From: an uncultured Lachnospiraceae bacterium
GTDB taxonomy: Bacteria; Bacillota; Clostridia; Christensenellales; UBA1242
Direction of reading: 5' to 3'
Length of the DNA stretch: 64,000 bases
NCBI GenBank assembly: GCA_964368755.1
Contig: CAYJCR010000001.1
Coordinates: 140,976 to 204,975 of the forward strand
The notes under the pieces are model-generated. The model worked only from the letters and a program-made list of their open reading frames with translations. It had not been told where the DNA came from and did not search any database. Shown piece by piece: positions 1-11,500 of the stretch (positions within the stretch are counted from its first letter, which is position 1; the number at the start of each line of letters is the position of its first letter). The translations under genes were made by a program, and so were the position numbers.

Positions 1-746
1 ACCTCACAGGCAAAGAGTATGTCAACTATATGGGCAATATATACAGGGTGCCAAAAGAAGTGATCAAAGAGCGAATGGAGAAGTTTGCTAAGTTGTTCAG
101 TATGGAGCATGCCATTGACAACCAGATAAGATCATACTCTCATGGTATGAAACAGAAGATATGTATCATAGCTGCACTTATCCACAATCCTAAGTTCTGG
201 GTACTTGACGAACCTCTTATGGGTCTAGATCCACAATCGACATATGAGATCAAGCAGTATATGAAAGAGCATAAGAAGCTCGGCAATACAGTATTCTTTT
301 CCTCACACAATATCGACATGGTAGAGAAGTTGTGTGATAGGGTCGCCATCATCAATCGTGGTCAATTGATGGAGATTATAGATGTTAAAAAGTTCCTCAA
401 AGAAAGTCCTGTACCATTGGAAGATTATTTCCTCAATATGACAAGAGAGAGCAAAGCTAAGGTTATAACAGTTGAAGACAACAAGGTCAAAGGCGAGAAT
501 AAACTTGTCGTGCTATGGAACAAGATTTTTAAGAAAAAGACTTCGGTCAAAGATACTAAAAAAGTAGAAAAAGTTGAAGAGCCAAAGGTTGAAGAGCTTG
601 CCAAGACAGAACAACCAAAGGAAGCAAAAGCAACTTCTAAGAAAAAGAAGGTAGATAGTCAACCTTCACAGCCGGTGGAGGCTACAGATACTCCAAGTCC
701 AGTCAAAAAGACTACCAAGAAGACAAAAACAACAAAGGATAATTAA
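1..746 (+). CDS. ABC transporter ATP-binding subunit (5' end lies upstream of the window) with K/E/T-rich C-terminal tail
   Basis: The frame is open from nt 3 (LTGKEYVNY precedes the first ATG at 30), so the gene starts outside the window. Translated motifs: C-loop-like SHGMKQK, Walker B FWVLDEP, H-loop SSHN. The last ~85 aa are low-complexity Lys/Glu/Thr/Pro. The stop overlaps the next start (TAATG, 744-748). Confidence 0.85.
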   Translation, partial: LTGKEYVNYMGNIYRVPKEVIKERMEKFAKLFSMEHAIDNQIRSYSHGMKQKICIIAALIHNPKFWVLDEPLMGLDPQSTYEIKQYMKEHKKLGNTVFFSSHNIDMVEKLCDRVAIINRGQLMEIIDVKKFLKESPVPLEDYFLNMTRESKAKVITVEDNKVKGENKLVVLWNKIFKKKTSVKDTKKVEKVEEPKVEELAKTEQPKEAKATSKKKKVDSQPSQPVEATDTPSPVKKTTKKTKTTKDN

Positions 747-2359
747 TGACACAGTTTCTTACACTTCTCAAGATAGAGTTTATGAGCAAAGCCCAGCGTG
801 TTAATCGTGGTACTAAGGTATTACCACGAATTATCAGGTGGGTTGTTATTCTTGCTGGTATTGCTGCTATCGCAGGTGTAATATTATTCGCATTCAACAG
901 TGTCATCAAGACTTGCCTATTGTCAGGACTTGAGCATGAGTTTTTGATATACTATTGTTTTATAATTCAACTTATACAACTATTATTCGGTATCAGTATT
1001 ACAACGAAGACTTTATACTTTGGTCAAGACAAAGATATATTGAAACTTCCTGTTGATGGTAAGATGATCTATCTTGCCAAGATAACATACTTATTCATAT
1101 GCGAATTAGCATTTTCTACAATACTTACTCTTCCTGTGTTTATACAGTTTGGTGTACTATCAGGGCAGAACATATTATTCTACTTTACATTATTACCTTG
1201 TACATTATACTTCCCAGTAGTACCTTTCCTTATAGGACTTGTGTTATCAGTACCTGCAATGTATGTTGTTGGATATCTCAAGAATAAGTTTACTGTTATG
1301 TTATTCATATATGTTGCGTTTGTCGCTGTTGGATTCTTCTTATACATATATGTGTTGAAGTTCATCATTGCATTGCTTCAATCAGGAGACTTACAATCGG
1401 TATTCTCCGAGAATGTTATAGTTATGATTAAGAGTTTTTCTAACTACTTGTTTCCACAAGTACTGTACAAGAACTTACTTCTCAATTATCACTATATCAA
1501 TAGCCTTATTATCAACTTCACAATGTGTGCTTTGCTTATACTTTGTATTTATTATTTCTCAAAGCGTTCTTATCTTAAGATACTTCTCGGCAATATTGAG
1601 GGCGAAAGTCATTCATTCACCAAGAAGACTCTTGTCAAAGAACGTTCGACATCGCGAGCACTATTCTTCAGAGAATTCCTCACGATATTTAGGTCAGTCA
1701 ACTATTCTTTCCAATATTTGACTGTTGTTATCACCACACCACTCATGGTATACTTCTCTAATGCAATAGCATCTAACATAGGTGCATCTCAGTTGGGCGA
1801 GGGTATGCTACCTGGCATAAGCGTACTTGTACTTATTATGTTCCTTAGTATGGGGTCATCATTCGCTGCTACTTCAGTAACTCGTGAGGGAGGCAACTTC
1901 TTCCACACCAAGATTATTCCTGTCAAGTATTCGACACAGATATTCGTTAAGTTCATCATGTATGTCATTGTCGCATTGCCATCGATCTTTATGAGTTGCA
2001 TAGTTTTGGCAATATTCGGGTTCTTGAGTTACTTCGAAGGGACAATGATAGCAATAGCTGTTGGAATGGTCATTATTGGCAATATCGCCTCATCGATATC
2101 TCTGGATATCAAACGTCCACAGTTTATGTACCTTGATGACAAAGAACTTACAGGCACCAATAATAATGTTAATACAAGCCTTAGCTTGGGATTCATTATA
2201 GCGGCACTTATGGGCATCGGCAGTATTGTAGTATCTTTCTTAGTATCTATTCCAGCAATATATCTTGTATTGTTCGGATTCTCAGTTCCTTATATGGTCG
2301 TCGGAATATTCTCATTATTTTACAAACTTAACAAACGCTACAGTAATATCGAAGCGTAA
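746..2359 (+). CDS. polytopic membrane protein, probable permease partner of the upstream ABC ATPase
   Basis: 537-aa ORF translationally coupled (TAATG) to the ATPase gene. Very hydrophobic with many predicted TM segments. No recognisable soluble domain. Confidence 0.65.
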   Translation: MTQFLTLLKIEFMSKAQRVNRGTKVLPRIIRWVVILAGIAAIAGVILFAFNSVIKTCLLSGLEHEFLIYYCFIIQLIQLLFGISITTKTLYFGQDKDILKLPVDGKMIYLAKITYLFICELAFSTILTLPVFIQFGVLSGQNILFYFTLLPCTLYFPVVPFLIGLVLSVPAMYVVGYLKNKFTVMLFIYVAFVAVGFFLYIYVLKFIIALLQSGDLQSVFSENVIVMIKSFSNYLFPQVLYKNLLLNYHYINSLIINFTMCALLILCIYYFSKRSYLKILLGNIEGESHSFTKKTLVKERSTSRALFFREFLTIFRSVNYSFQYLTVVITTPLMVYFSNAIASNIGASQLGEGMLPGISVLVLIMFLSMGSSFAATSVTREGGNFFHTKIIPVKYSTQIFVKFIMYVIVALPSIFMSCIVLAIFGFLSYFEGTMIAIAVGMVIIGNIASSISLDIKRPQFMYLDDKELTGTNNNVNTSLSLGFIIAALMGIGSIVVSFLVSIPAIYLVLFGFSVPYMVVGIFSLFYKLNKRYSNIEA

Positions 2360-2382
2360 TAAAAAATCTAAACGGAGGAAAC

Positions 2383-5300
2383 ATGAAAAAACTTTTGATT
2401 TTCTTGATGGTAGCAGTACCACTTGTAATAATCATTATTGTTAACCTAACAGTCAATGCTGTTGTGGGTTATGTTTCTATTGCCGTAGATAATGTTACTC
2501 TTGATAAGTCTACAGTAGTTGCCAATGTTGATGATAAGTTAACTCTTAATGCCACGATATATCCAGAATCAGCTTCCAACAAAGAGTTGATATGGAGAAG
2601 TGATAACGAAGATGTCGCAAAAGTTGACATCAATGGCAATGTGTCCTTTGTAGGTTTTGGTAAAGGCTATATAACAGCGACTTCGGTAGATGGAGCAAAG
2701 ATGGCAAGTTGTTATTTCTATGTTACAGATACCAAAGTCCATCAAGTAGTTGTTATGGCTCCAAAGGACGAAATACAGGTTGGCGATAATGTACAGCTCA
2801 CAGCCACAGTATTGCCAGCAGAATCTATCAATAAGAATGTTACATATTACAGCTCAGACCCATCTATCGCAACGGTTGATACCAATGGTTTAGTTAAAGG
2901 TGTGAGCATAGGATATGTGTCTATAATAGCAACAGCAGAGGACGGTGGATATAGCTCTTATGTTACAATCGCCGTTATCAATCCTGTTACCTCTATTGTT
3001 GTACCAAATGAGGAGATTATTACTTCTCAGAGTTACCAGACAATCAAGTATAATATCTTGCCTGCAGATGCTTCTAATAAGAATGTTACTTTCGAAGTAA
3101 GCAGCGATATTGCAACTGTTAACAATGCGGGCGTTGTGTCATTCTCAGCACCAGGTAAAGTAACAGTAACAATTACAACCGTTGATGGTGGATTTGTTGC
3201 GAGATGTAGAGTTATATATACTGCAGGCTACGCAACTTCACTTGATTTTGAGACCAATTCAGTTATGGCTACGATTGGAGACTCTCCGGTATATCTCAAT
3301 TACACAACAACACCACTTAGTGTATACGCTACAGAAGTGACTTTTGAAAGTGATGATGAAGATGTCGCATATGTCGACGAGAGTGGATATTTGCAATTCG
3401 TTAGTGGTGGAAGCACGCTTATTCGTGCAAGAATAGAGAAGAGCGAAGATGTCTTTATTGAGAAGACAATAAGTGTATATGTTCAGAGCCCAGCAGAGGG
3501 AATAGTTATTAGCGATAATATCTCAATAGCCGAACATAGTTATCAGTTGCAACCTTTGTCATATCCAGATGATTCTACCAATACTGATTATTTCTATCAT
3601 TCTTTGGATACTTCTAAGGCAACTGTCTCGGATACGGGACTTGTAGAGTTCGTTACCGATGATCCATGTGAAGTTGTCATAGATATATATGCCAATGTAG
3701 ATAATGGTGATGTCAAAAAATCTGTTACCCTTAACTATACTGGTGGATATGCAATCGACTTTGAATTAGAAAACGATGTAATAAACTTGGAATATGGCGA
3801 ACTTGGTAGTATTGTTACAAGTATCACTCCAAGTGGGGCTAATAATAGCAGGTTACAATACAGGATTATAAATCAAACTCAGAATAATGGTGGAACGAAT
3901 GTTGTTAACGTATTATCAGATGGTTCTATTGTTACTCTTGGCGGTGGTAGTGCAGAGATTGAAGTGTCGATGACAACCTCAACTTCTGATATTGTCAAAA
4001 AGCGTTGCATAGTTAATGTAACGAGATTGGTTGAAGATATCGACATACTCTTGGATTTGGATTATGTCAATGGTGAATATGTTACAGCATTGCAGACAGT
4101 TTCTTTCTCTTGCAATGTAAGCGCTGTTGATAGCTCTAACAAAGATATCGTATGGTCGCTAAGTGATAAATCATTGCCTCCACCTTCTGAGGGAAGCTTT
4201 ATGTTCAACTATATTGGTGTTGTTACTCTTATAGCAACATCGGTTGATGGTAATTGTTCGTCATCTGTGGATATCCGTTATACTGGAGCCAATCCTACAA
4301 ATGCAACTATTACTCAAATACCTGCCAATATGAATGTTGGAGATGCTTTGGATATTGAAGTCCTTACATTATCTCCAAGCAATGCTGTATACAAAAATCT
4401 TAGATATGCAATATCCAATGAGAGTACTTTGGACCCAAGTGGAGACGTTATTCAGATAACTGGTAATACACTTACAGCTCTCAACGGTGGCAAAGCAAAA
4501 CTAACCGTGTATGTTGCAAGTAGTGTTCAACTAGTATATGAGATCAATGTTATTAGACAGGCTCAATCTATTGAGATCACTCCAAGCAATATTACTACAA
4601 CAAAGAACACAATAACTTTCTCAGCGAATGTGTTACCATATGATACAACCAACAAAAATATTATATATACAGTAGATGATCAATCAATAGCTACTATTGA
4701 AGGCAATGTACTTTCTTTCAAAAAGAATGGAATTGTTACAATCACTGCTACAAGTGAGAGCAATACAGCAGTAGAACAAGTATTCACGATAGAAAAAGTT
4801 GACAAAGATACAGGATCTGTAGAACCTGATAATGGCACACTTACCATGTCAATAGGCGACTCCAATGCAATGGATTTGTCTAGTCTTGAGGGACAATATG
4901 AGTCAGTACAGAGTTCAATATTGTCACAGACTCCGATAATTGCAGGAGAGACAGTTGTCTCAATTGGCGAAGATGATGTTGTCGTAGCAGTTGGTTTGGG
5001 TAGTGCTGAGATAGAATATATATTATTGGATACATATGGAAGTGTATTCAAGTACTATAAGATTGTTGTTAATGTCATTCAACTTGCAGAGAGTATAGGC
5101 CTTGATACCGATATGGATATCATAAGTAGCGAATATGTAACTGCAATTAGCGAAGTTGACTTAGCATTCAATGTAAGTCCTGCGTCGACTACTGATAAGA
5201 GAGTAGAGTACGTGATTATCAATTCATATGCCAACCACGGTGTAGCAAGTGATAGCATAGCATACATAATGGACAACAAACTTATGTTCACATCTTCTGG

Positions 5301-8300
5301 TATCGCTGTTATTAAAGCAACATCTGTTGATGGCAATGCGACGGCTACTTTCCGTATCAAGTATACTGGTGGAGATGCTGTTGGAGCTACTATTAATGTT
5401 GGCTCTAGGTTAGAGATGAATCAAGGTGATGAGATAACTATTGCTGTTACAGAATGGCTACCAAAAGACACTATCAATACTCGTGTTAATATCTCTATCA
5501 CATCTAATGCGTTGAGATCAATAAGTGTTAGTGGTACAACTATCAAGGCACTTGCTGGTGGCGAGAGTAAGATAACAGTATATCTTTCTAACAATATAAC
5601 CAAAGAGATAACCATAGTTGTTGTCAAGAAAGTTGCCCAGATACTTTTGGATAGTTCTGCAGTTATGGTAAGCGATAGCCAATACACAATCAATCCTGTT
5701 GTATATCCTACAGATGCTTCACACAAAGATTTGCTATATGCAGTAGATGATAATTCTGTTGCAACACTTACTGGTAAGACACTTACATTTAACAAAGCAG
5801 GTACTGTAGTAGTAAGTATGTATGCAACAGATAATAGTGGAGTAAGTGCTAGTATCCAAGTAACGTCAACAATGGGCTTTATTGGAAGAATAGAACTTAA
5901 TACTTATTCGAAAGCTATTGCTAAGAATGCTTACTTTAACTTATTTGTTAATAGATATTATCCAACTGATGCAGAGAATCACGATATAACATTTGAGATA
6001 ATTTCTCAAGTGACAAATGATGGATCTGACAACGATGTTATAAGCCTTGGTGCCGATGGAATTGTAACTGGATTGTATGGTGGCACGGCAGTCATTAGAG
6101 CATATACATATGATTATAATCACAACATGATATCTTCTGAGTGTAGTGTAAGTGTTGTAAGTAATGTTAATGCTCTAGCAATAGATTTCTCAGTCAATGA
6201 GGTCTATCAGAACTCAATCACTACTTCTAAGTCAACTATTGCGTTCATTGAGACATTGTCTCCAGTTGATGCTTCTAACAAAAATGTAGAATATATCATT
6301 TCTGATAACTCTGTTGCAACAATATCGAATGGAATAATCTACTTCCTCAAAGAAGGAAAGGTTACAATTAAGTTCGTTGCACAAGACAATACAAATGGTG
6401 AAAAATATGTCATTCAGAGTTTCTATTATACAGAAGGCAAGATAGTTGATATTAAGATAAAAGATTCTTCATTTATGACCGATAATGTTATAAGACTCAA
6501 TGTTGGAGAAAACTTTATCTTCGAAGTAGCTCGTTTGGTGCCAGCTGATATCGGAAATATATCTTTTATTATGATGAACAAAGCAGAGACGAGAATTGAT
6601 CTTGCTAAGCAAGTTATAACTTTTGAGAATAACAGAATCACTGCATTGCATGGTGGAGAAGCAACTTTCAATATATATGCATTATCACAGTTTGTCGGTA
6701 GTTACAAAGTTATTGTGACTAGGAGCTGTGAAGATATAGAGATTGGATCGGTTAGACAATACACCGGTATCCCATCATATTCTGTATTTGCCAAGGCATT
6801 GCCTAGTGATTGTTCTAACAAATCATTGCGTTATGCTATTACCAACAATGCAAGTGCTGCGACAATTGATCCAGTAACTGGTGTTGTAACGTTCTCGCGT
6901 ATGGCAACAATAGAGATCACTATATCATCTATTGCCAACCCAAGCATAAAGAAAACTATCAACCTAGAATACACTAAGAAGGTTCAAAGTATTGCCTTCA
7001 CACAGACAACTTCAACGCTTTATGTTAATGGCACTGGTGTAGACTTGAGCGTAATATCTACTCCATACGATGCAGAAGCATTTAATGTAAAATACATTTC
7101 TAGTAATGCTAGTATTGCAACTGTTTCATCTAAAGGTAAAGTTATTGGTGTTAACCCTGGCGAAGCCGTAATAGTTGCATATGTTGATGGTCGTCCTGAT
7201 ATTACAGCAACAAAAACTTTCAAAGTAATAGAAGTGTTGGTAGATATCGAGCTTGACCTTGATGAAAGTGGCGACAAACTTGGTATCGGTGGATACAGAG
7301 TATTTGCTAACAACTTCTATGACGAGAATCTTGGCGTTATCAATACATATCAGATGACAATCAAATCAATTATGTCTGCTAGTGGAAATGTAGGAAGTAT
7401 TGATTTGGTATGGAAGAGTTCTGACGAAGCACTTGCTACTGTTGATAACAAAGGATTGGTAACATTTTTAGCTCCTGGCGAGGTGACAATATCTGTTGAA
7501 CCAGCGACACAATATTTACCATCCAATCCATTGAGAGATAGATATACTTTCAATGTTGTTGATGGTATCAATATATACAAATTGGCAGAGTTTAACAATT
7601 CTGCACAAGGCGATCAAGCAATAGTCCTTCAAGCAGATATAGTCTCATCTGAAGGAGAGGCGGGAGCGATATCTTCTGCTAAGGTCAAAAAAGCACTATA
7701 TGGTAACGGACATTTGATCGATTTTACAAATTGTTCAGACTACCTAAGAGTATCAATCGAGGCGTCGGATACCGTTGTAGATAACGTAACATTAAGAGGT
7801 GTATCTTTCGGAGAAAATGCGGCACTCTCAACACTAGAAGACAAAGCCAAAGTTATTGCAACAAATTCTGGATTAAATTTGACTAATGTCAGAATTAACA
7901 ATTGTATTATAGAGAATGCGATGATACTATGTGAGGTATATAACGCACAAGTAGTTATATCTGGATGTATTATAAGGAACTCGTTCTCTGGAGGACTTAT
8001 ATTGACTAGAACTCAGAATAGTACAAACCCTCCTAATGTTACTGTTAAGGATTGTGTCTTTGCTAGATCATTGTTCAGTTCGATCCTCTTCAATCCTGAT
8101 CAGTCGACCTTCCACAGTGGATATGAGAGCAGACTTACAGTTGAAGGTAAGTTATATATTTATAACTGGTTGCGTCTAGAAGAGATAAAAGGTAACTGTA
8201 TAGATCAGTATGTTCCTAATGCAACTGCTCAAGTAACAGATCAATTGAAGAAGTATCAACAATATGCTTACAACTACAATGGTCAAGATTATTATATGCT

Positions 8301-8562
8301 AGGCATATTACAGCTTTACGCAGGATGTGAAGGCGTAAAAGAGTTTAAGAGTAACGGTATTGTTGATTTGTCGAAATTGGATTCTTCATGTCAATACACT
8401 TATGCTCAATTCAATGGTACGGTTAAGGCATATGGTGTACCGGTAACATATTCGCTAGATTTGCACTCACTCAAAGGTAATTCGACATTTATTACCCCTG
8501 GGTCAACATATGACTCGTCGATATACACTATAATCAAACAATCAATAGCCAAGAATGGCTAA
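2383..8562 (+). CDS. giant cell-surface protein: N-terminal membrane anchor, ~19 tandem Ig-like (Big_2-type) modules, C-terminal right-handed beta-helix domain
   Basis: SD GGAGGA upstream of the ATG. N-terminus LLIFLMVAVPLVIIIIV is hydrophobic. Repeated ~85-aa modules have the Big_2 pattern (..L.a.v.P..A.NK.v.w.SsD..iAtVd..G.v....G...ItAtS.DG). The last ~450 aa carry beta-helix-like repeats (LYGNGHLIDF, NVTLRGVSF, NNCIIENA, SGCIIRNS, VKDCVFARS). Confidence 0.85.
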   Translation: MKKLLIFLMVAVPLVIIIIVNLTVNAVVGYVSIAVDNVTLDKSTVVANVDDKLTLNATIYPESASNKELIWRSDNEDVAKVDINGNVSFVGFGKGYITATSVDGAKMASCYFYVTDTKVHQVVVMAPKDEIQVGDNVQLTATVLPAESINKNVTYYSSDPSIATVDTNGLVKGVSIGYVSIIATAEDGGYSSYVTIAVINPVTSIVVPNEEIITSQSYQTIKYNILPADASNKNVTFEVSSDIATVNNAGVVSFSAPGKVTVTITTVDGGFVARCRVIYTAGYATSLDFETNSVMATIGDSPVYLNYTTTPLSVYATEVTFESDDEDVAYVDESGYLQFVSGGSTLIRARIEKSEDVFIEKTISVYVQSPAEGIVISDNISIAEHSYQLQPLSYPDDSTNTDYFYHSLDTSKATVSDTGLVEFVTDDPCEVVIDIYANVDNGDVKKSVTLNYTGGYAIDFELENDVINLEYGELGSIVTSITPSGANNSRLQYRIINQTQNNGGTNVVNVLSDGSIVTLGGGSAEIEVSMTTSTSDIVKKRCIVNVTRLVEDIDILLDLDYVNGEYVTALQTVSFSCNVSAVDSSNKDIVWSLSDKSLPPPSEGSFMFNYIGVVTLIATSVDGNCSSSVDIRYTGANPTNATITQIPANMNVGDALDIEVLTLSPSNAVYKNLRYAISNESTLDPSGDVIQITGNTLTALNGGKAKLTVYVASSVQLVYEINVIRQAQSIEITPSNITTTKNTITFSANVLPYDTTNKNIIYTVDDQSIATIEGNVLSFKKNGIVTITATSESNTAVEQVFTIEKVDKDTGSVEPDNGTLTMSIGDSNAMDLSSLEGQYESVQSSILSQTPIIAGETVVSIGEDDVVVAVGLGSAEIEYILLDTYGSVFKYYKIVVNVIQLAESIGLDTDMDIISSEYVTAISEVDLAFNVSPASTTDKRVEYVIINSYANHGVASDSIAYIMDNKLMFTSSGIAVIKATSVDGNATATFRIKYTGGDAVGATINVGSRLEMNQGDEITIAVTEWLPKDTINTRVNISITSNALRSISVSGTTIKALAGGESKITVYLSNNITKEITIVVVKKVAQILLDSSAVMVSDSQYTINPVVYPTDASHKDLLYAVDDNSVATLTGKTLTFNKAGTVVVSMYATDNSGVSASIQVTSTMGFIGRIELNTYSKAIAKNAYFNLFVNRYYPTDAENHDITFEIISQVTNDGSDNDVISLGADGIVTGLYGGTAVIRAYTYDYNHNMISSECSVSVVSNVNALAIDFSVNEVYQNSITTSKSTIAFIETLSPVDASNKNVEYIISDNSVATISNGIIYFLKEGKVTIKFVAQDNTNGEKYVIQSFYYTEGKIVDIKIKDSSFMTDNVIRLNVGENFIFEVARLVPADIGNISFIMMNKAETRIDLAKQVITFENNRITALHGGEATFNIYALSQFVGSYKVIVTRSCEDIEIGSVRQYTGIPSYSVFAKALPSDCSNKSLRYAITNNASAATIDPVTGVVTFSRMATIEITISSIANPSIKKTINLEYTKKVQSIAFTQTTSTLYVNGTGVDLSVISTPYDAEAFNVKYISSNASIATVSSKGKVIGVNPGEAVIVAYVDGRPDITATKTFKVIEVLVDIELDLDESGDKLGIGGYRVFANNFYDENLGVINTYQMTIKSIMSASGNVGSIDLVWKSSDEALATVDNKGLVTFLAPGEVTISVEPATQYLPSNPLRDRYTFNVVDGINIYKLAEFNNSAQGDQAIVLQADIVSSEGEAGAISSAKVKKALYGNGHLIDFTNCSDYLRVSIEASDTVVDNVTLRGVSFGENAALSTLEDKAKVIATNSGLNLTNVRINNCIIENAMILCEVYNAQVVISGCIIRNSFSGGLILTRTQNSTNPPNVTVKDCVFARSLFSSILFNPDQSTFHSGYESRLTVEGKLYIYNWLRLEEIKGNCIDQYVPNATAQVTDQLKKYQQYAYNYNGQDYYMLGILQLYAGCEGVKEFKSNGIVDLSKLDSSCQYTYAQFNGTVKAYGVPVTYSLDLHSLKGNSTFITPGSTYDSSIYTIIKQSIAKNG
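2485..7560 (+). repeat. tandem array of Ig-like (Big_2-type) coding modules inside the 2059-aa gene (approximate bounds)
   Basis: About 19 divergent protein-level repeats counted by eye from recurring ...ATS.DG....v.i.V endings. The repeats diverge at DNA level. Confidence 0.7.
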
Positions 8563-8583
8563 CAAGGAGAACAAAAACATATT

Positions 8584-11500
8584 ATGAGAAAGTATAGAAG
8601 TATCTTCTTAATATTCTCGATAATGCTAATGGTCATTAGCATAGGTTTTTGTGCGCTTCCAAACTCAACTGAAGATGCAGCTTATGCAGACATAACAGGA
8701 GTATCAGGTAATAATTTTGTCCTTACGGGCTATAACGGTTATCAACCGGATCATTACTTCTATGATATTGCAAACAATTCCACATTGAATGCAGTAGATG
8801 TGACTACATGTATTAAGAACTATATGAATGCTAGCGGAGAAGAATGCAACAAGTTTTATGTTATAACTGCAAATAATAATACATCTTTTACTAACAAAAA
8901 GAGCTATGGAACAGCTTATTATTATCCAACAACTGATATGAGCGAATTTGTTGACAAAGAAGTTCTTTATGCAAGAGTATCAGCAGGTGTATTGTCATTC
9001 AATGATAAGGGCAAATCAAAAGTTAAACTAACGATAAGTCATAATGGACAAACTTACTCTGTTACATCTTCAAAAGTGTCTGATAATAACGAGTCTGTAT
9101 ATTCACCTGAATATATTTATACAGATTTTGTTAAGATAACCGATATCACCCAACCTATCGTATTTACTTTTGAAGGATTGGATTCTGGCAGTATGTTTAG
9201 TTCCTCGAAGTTCACTATATTTGAGCCAACAATAAGTCTCAAGACTTGTATAGATGAAGTAACTATAGAGAATGAAGGGAAGACTGTAACGGTATTCCCA
9301 GGTCAAATAGTTGAGTTGGGTGCTGTCAATGATATAACAACAACAACTGGGACAAATAATTTTGCTAAATACTGCCGTAATATCCATAGAATAAGTTATG
9401 TTATTGCTGAAGGCAAAGAATATGCTTCGATAATTGGCAAGTATTTGTATGTCAAATCCAATATCCCAAATAATGCAACTATTAAGGTAGCAGCAAAGTG
9501 TAGAAATGACTCCTTGTCATCAAACTATATATATAGTGAGATAGCTACATATTCAGTCAATGCAGAAACATTAAAAGTAAATATTCTAACAGATTTTGAT
9601 AATCCAGGAACGGTCACTGGTGGAGGTAATTACTATACTGGACAAACAGTTTCCTTAATTGCTGAAGCTGCTAGTGGATATACCTTTGTTGGTTGGAAAA
9701 AAGGCTCAGAGTTGCTATCTTCATCCAAGAATTATACATTTACAGTTACAGAGCCTGTTGAAATAAAAGCTTGGTTTATCAAAACAGTAATTATAACAGG
9801 AATATCCGTAACCGATAAGGTGTATGATGGGACGAACAATGTTGAAGGCTTAGAGTTTGTATTTGATGGCAAAAGAGAAGGACATGAGCTTACTCTTGAT
9901 AATATTGAAGTAAAATATTCTAACATAAACGTTGGAGATAGCATTGTCTTAGAGACATCTGGTGTTCCTACTTTGGGTGGAAGGAACGCAGATATTTATC
10001 GTGTAAATCAGTACAGCATTCCTACAAGTTTTGGTAAAATATTACCTAGACAGATAAACGTTACATCAATTGCAAGTAGCAAAGTATATGGTGATAGTCA
10101 AGAAGAATTGCCATTTGAGATAACTCCTGTCGAAGGTAATGCAGAAAGTGGACTTGTCGAAGGCGAGTCTTTGAGTGGAACATTGGGAAGAGATCTTGGA
10201 GAAAATGTTGGTAATTATAATACAAATACCGGCACTCTTACCCAGAATAACACAAATTATGAATTGCTATTTACCTCTTCAGTATTCGTCATTAATAGAA
10301 GAAATGTAACAATATCAAGTATTGTAGCTCAAGACAAAGTTTATGACGCTACTAGCAATGTTCAGATCAGTATTATTCTTAACAATACAATTGCTGGAGA
10401 TGATATACAGTGTGTAGCGAACGGACAATTCAATGATGTTAATGTTGGATATAATATTGTAGTTCCAATTTCATCAAAAGAATTGGTTGGTAGTGCAAAA
10501 GACAACTATACATTGGTAAGCGATATTGTAGAAATAACAGGCAACATTCTTCCAAAAGTTATCAAAGTTGTTGCTGAGAATAAGACAGTCACATATGGAG
10601 AACGCGTACCACTATCGTATCTTATTGAAGGTATTGTTGAAGGCGAATCTCTTAATGGAGAACTTACAAGAGAAGACAATGATAATGTTGGTAGTTATGC
10701 AATAACAATGGGCTCATTGAGCAATCCAAATTATACATTGGATTTCACTGCAGGTTCATATGTTGTTAATAAAAAGCCAATAACAGTCGTTGCTGATAGT
10801 ATTACAAAATCATACGGAGATGCAGATCCAACACTTACATATCAAGTAACAGGACTTGTTAATGAAGACGTCTTGAGTGGTGTATTATATAGAACTGTTG
10901 GGGAGACTTGTGGAGATTATCCTATATCAATAGGTACTATTCACAATGACAACTATGACATCGCATATACACCTAGCATATTGTCTATTACGAAGAGAGA
11001 AGTAGAATTAGATATATACATGGTGGACAAAATATATGATGGTAATGCTGTTGCTACATTTACGTATGAGTTTGTTAACCTTGCTTCTGGAGATGCCCTT
11101 ACATTCGAAGCTCAGATGTATTTTGTTGATGAAAATATGCAGATGAATGCAAATGCAGGCGTCAATAAGAAAATACTTGTTACATCTTCAAAGATAAGTG
11201 GAGAGATGTTGTCTAATTATTCTGTTACTGGAAGGATAACCAACCTTACTGCGACTATTAGTCGTAGAGCAGTATATATAGATATAGACAAATACAGCAA
11301 GATATATGGCGATGAAGATCCAATTATTGGATATGAACACAGTAATATAATCGAAGGAGACGCTCTTGTAGGCACTCCTAAACGTAATGTTGGAGAGAAC
11401 TGTGGTGAGTATTCAATATACTTGAATGATTTGAACAACGAAAACAATCCTAACTACAATATTGTTTATAAGACAGAAGGTAGTCTTACAATAGTCCAAA

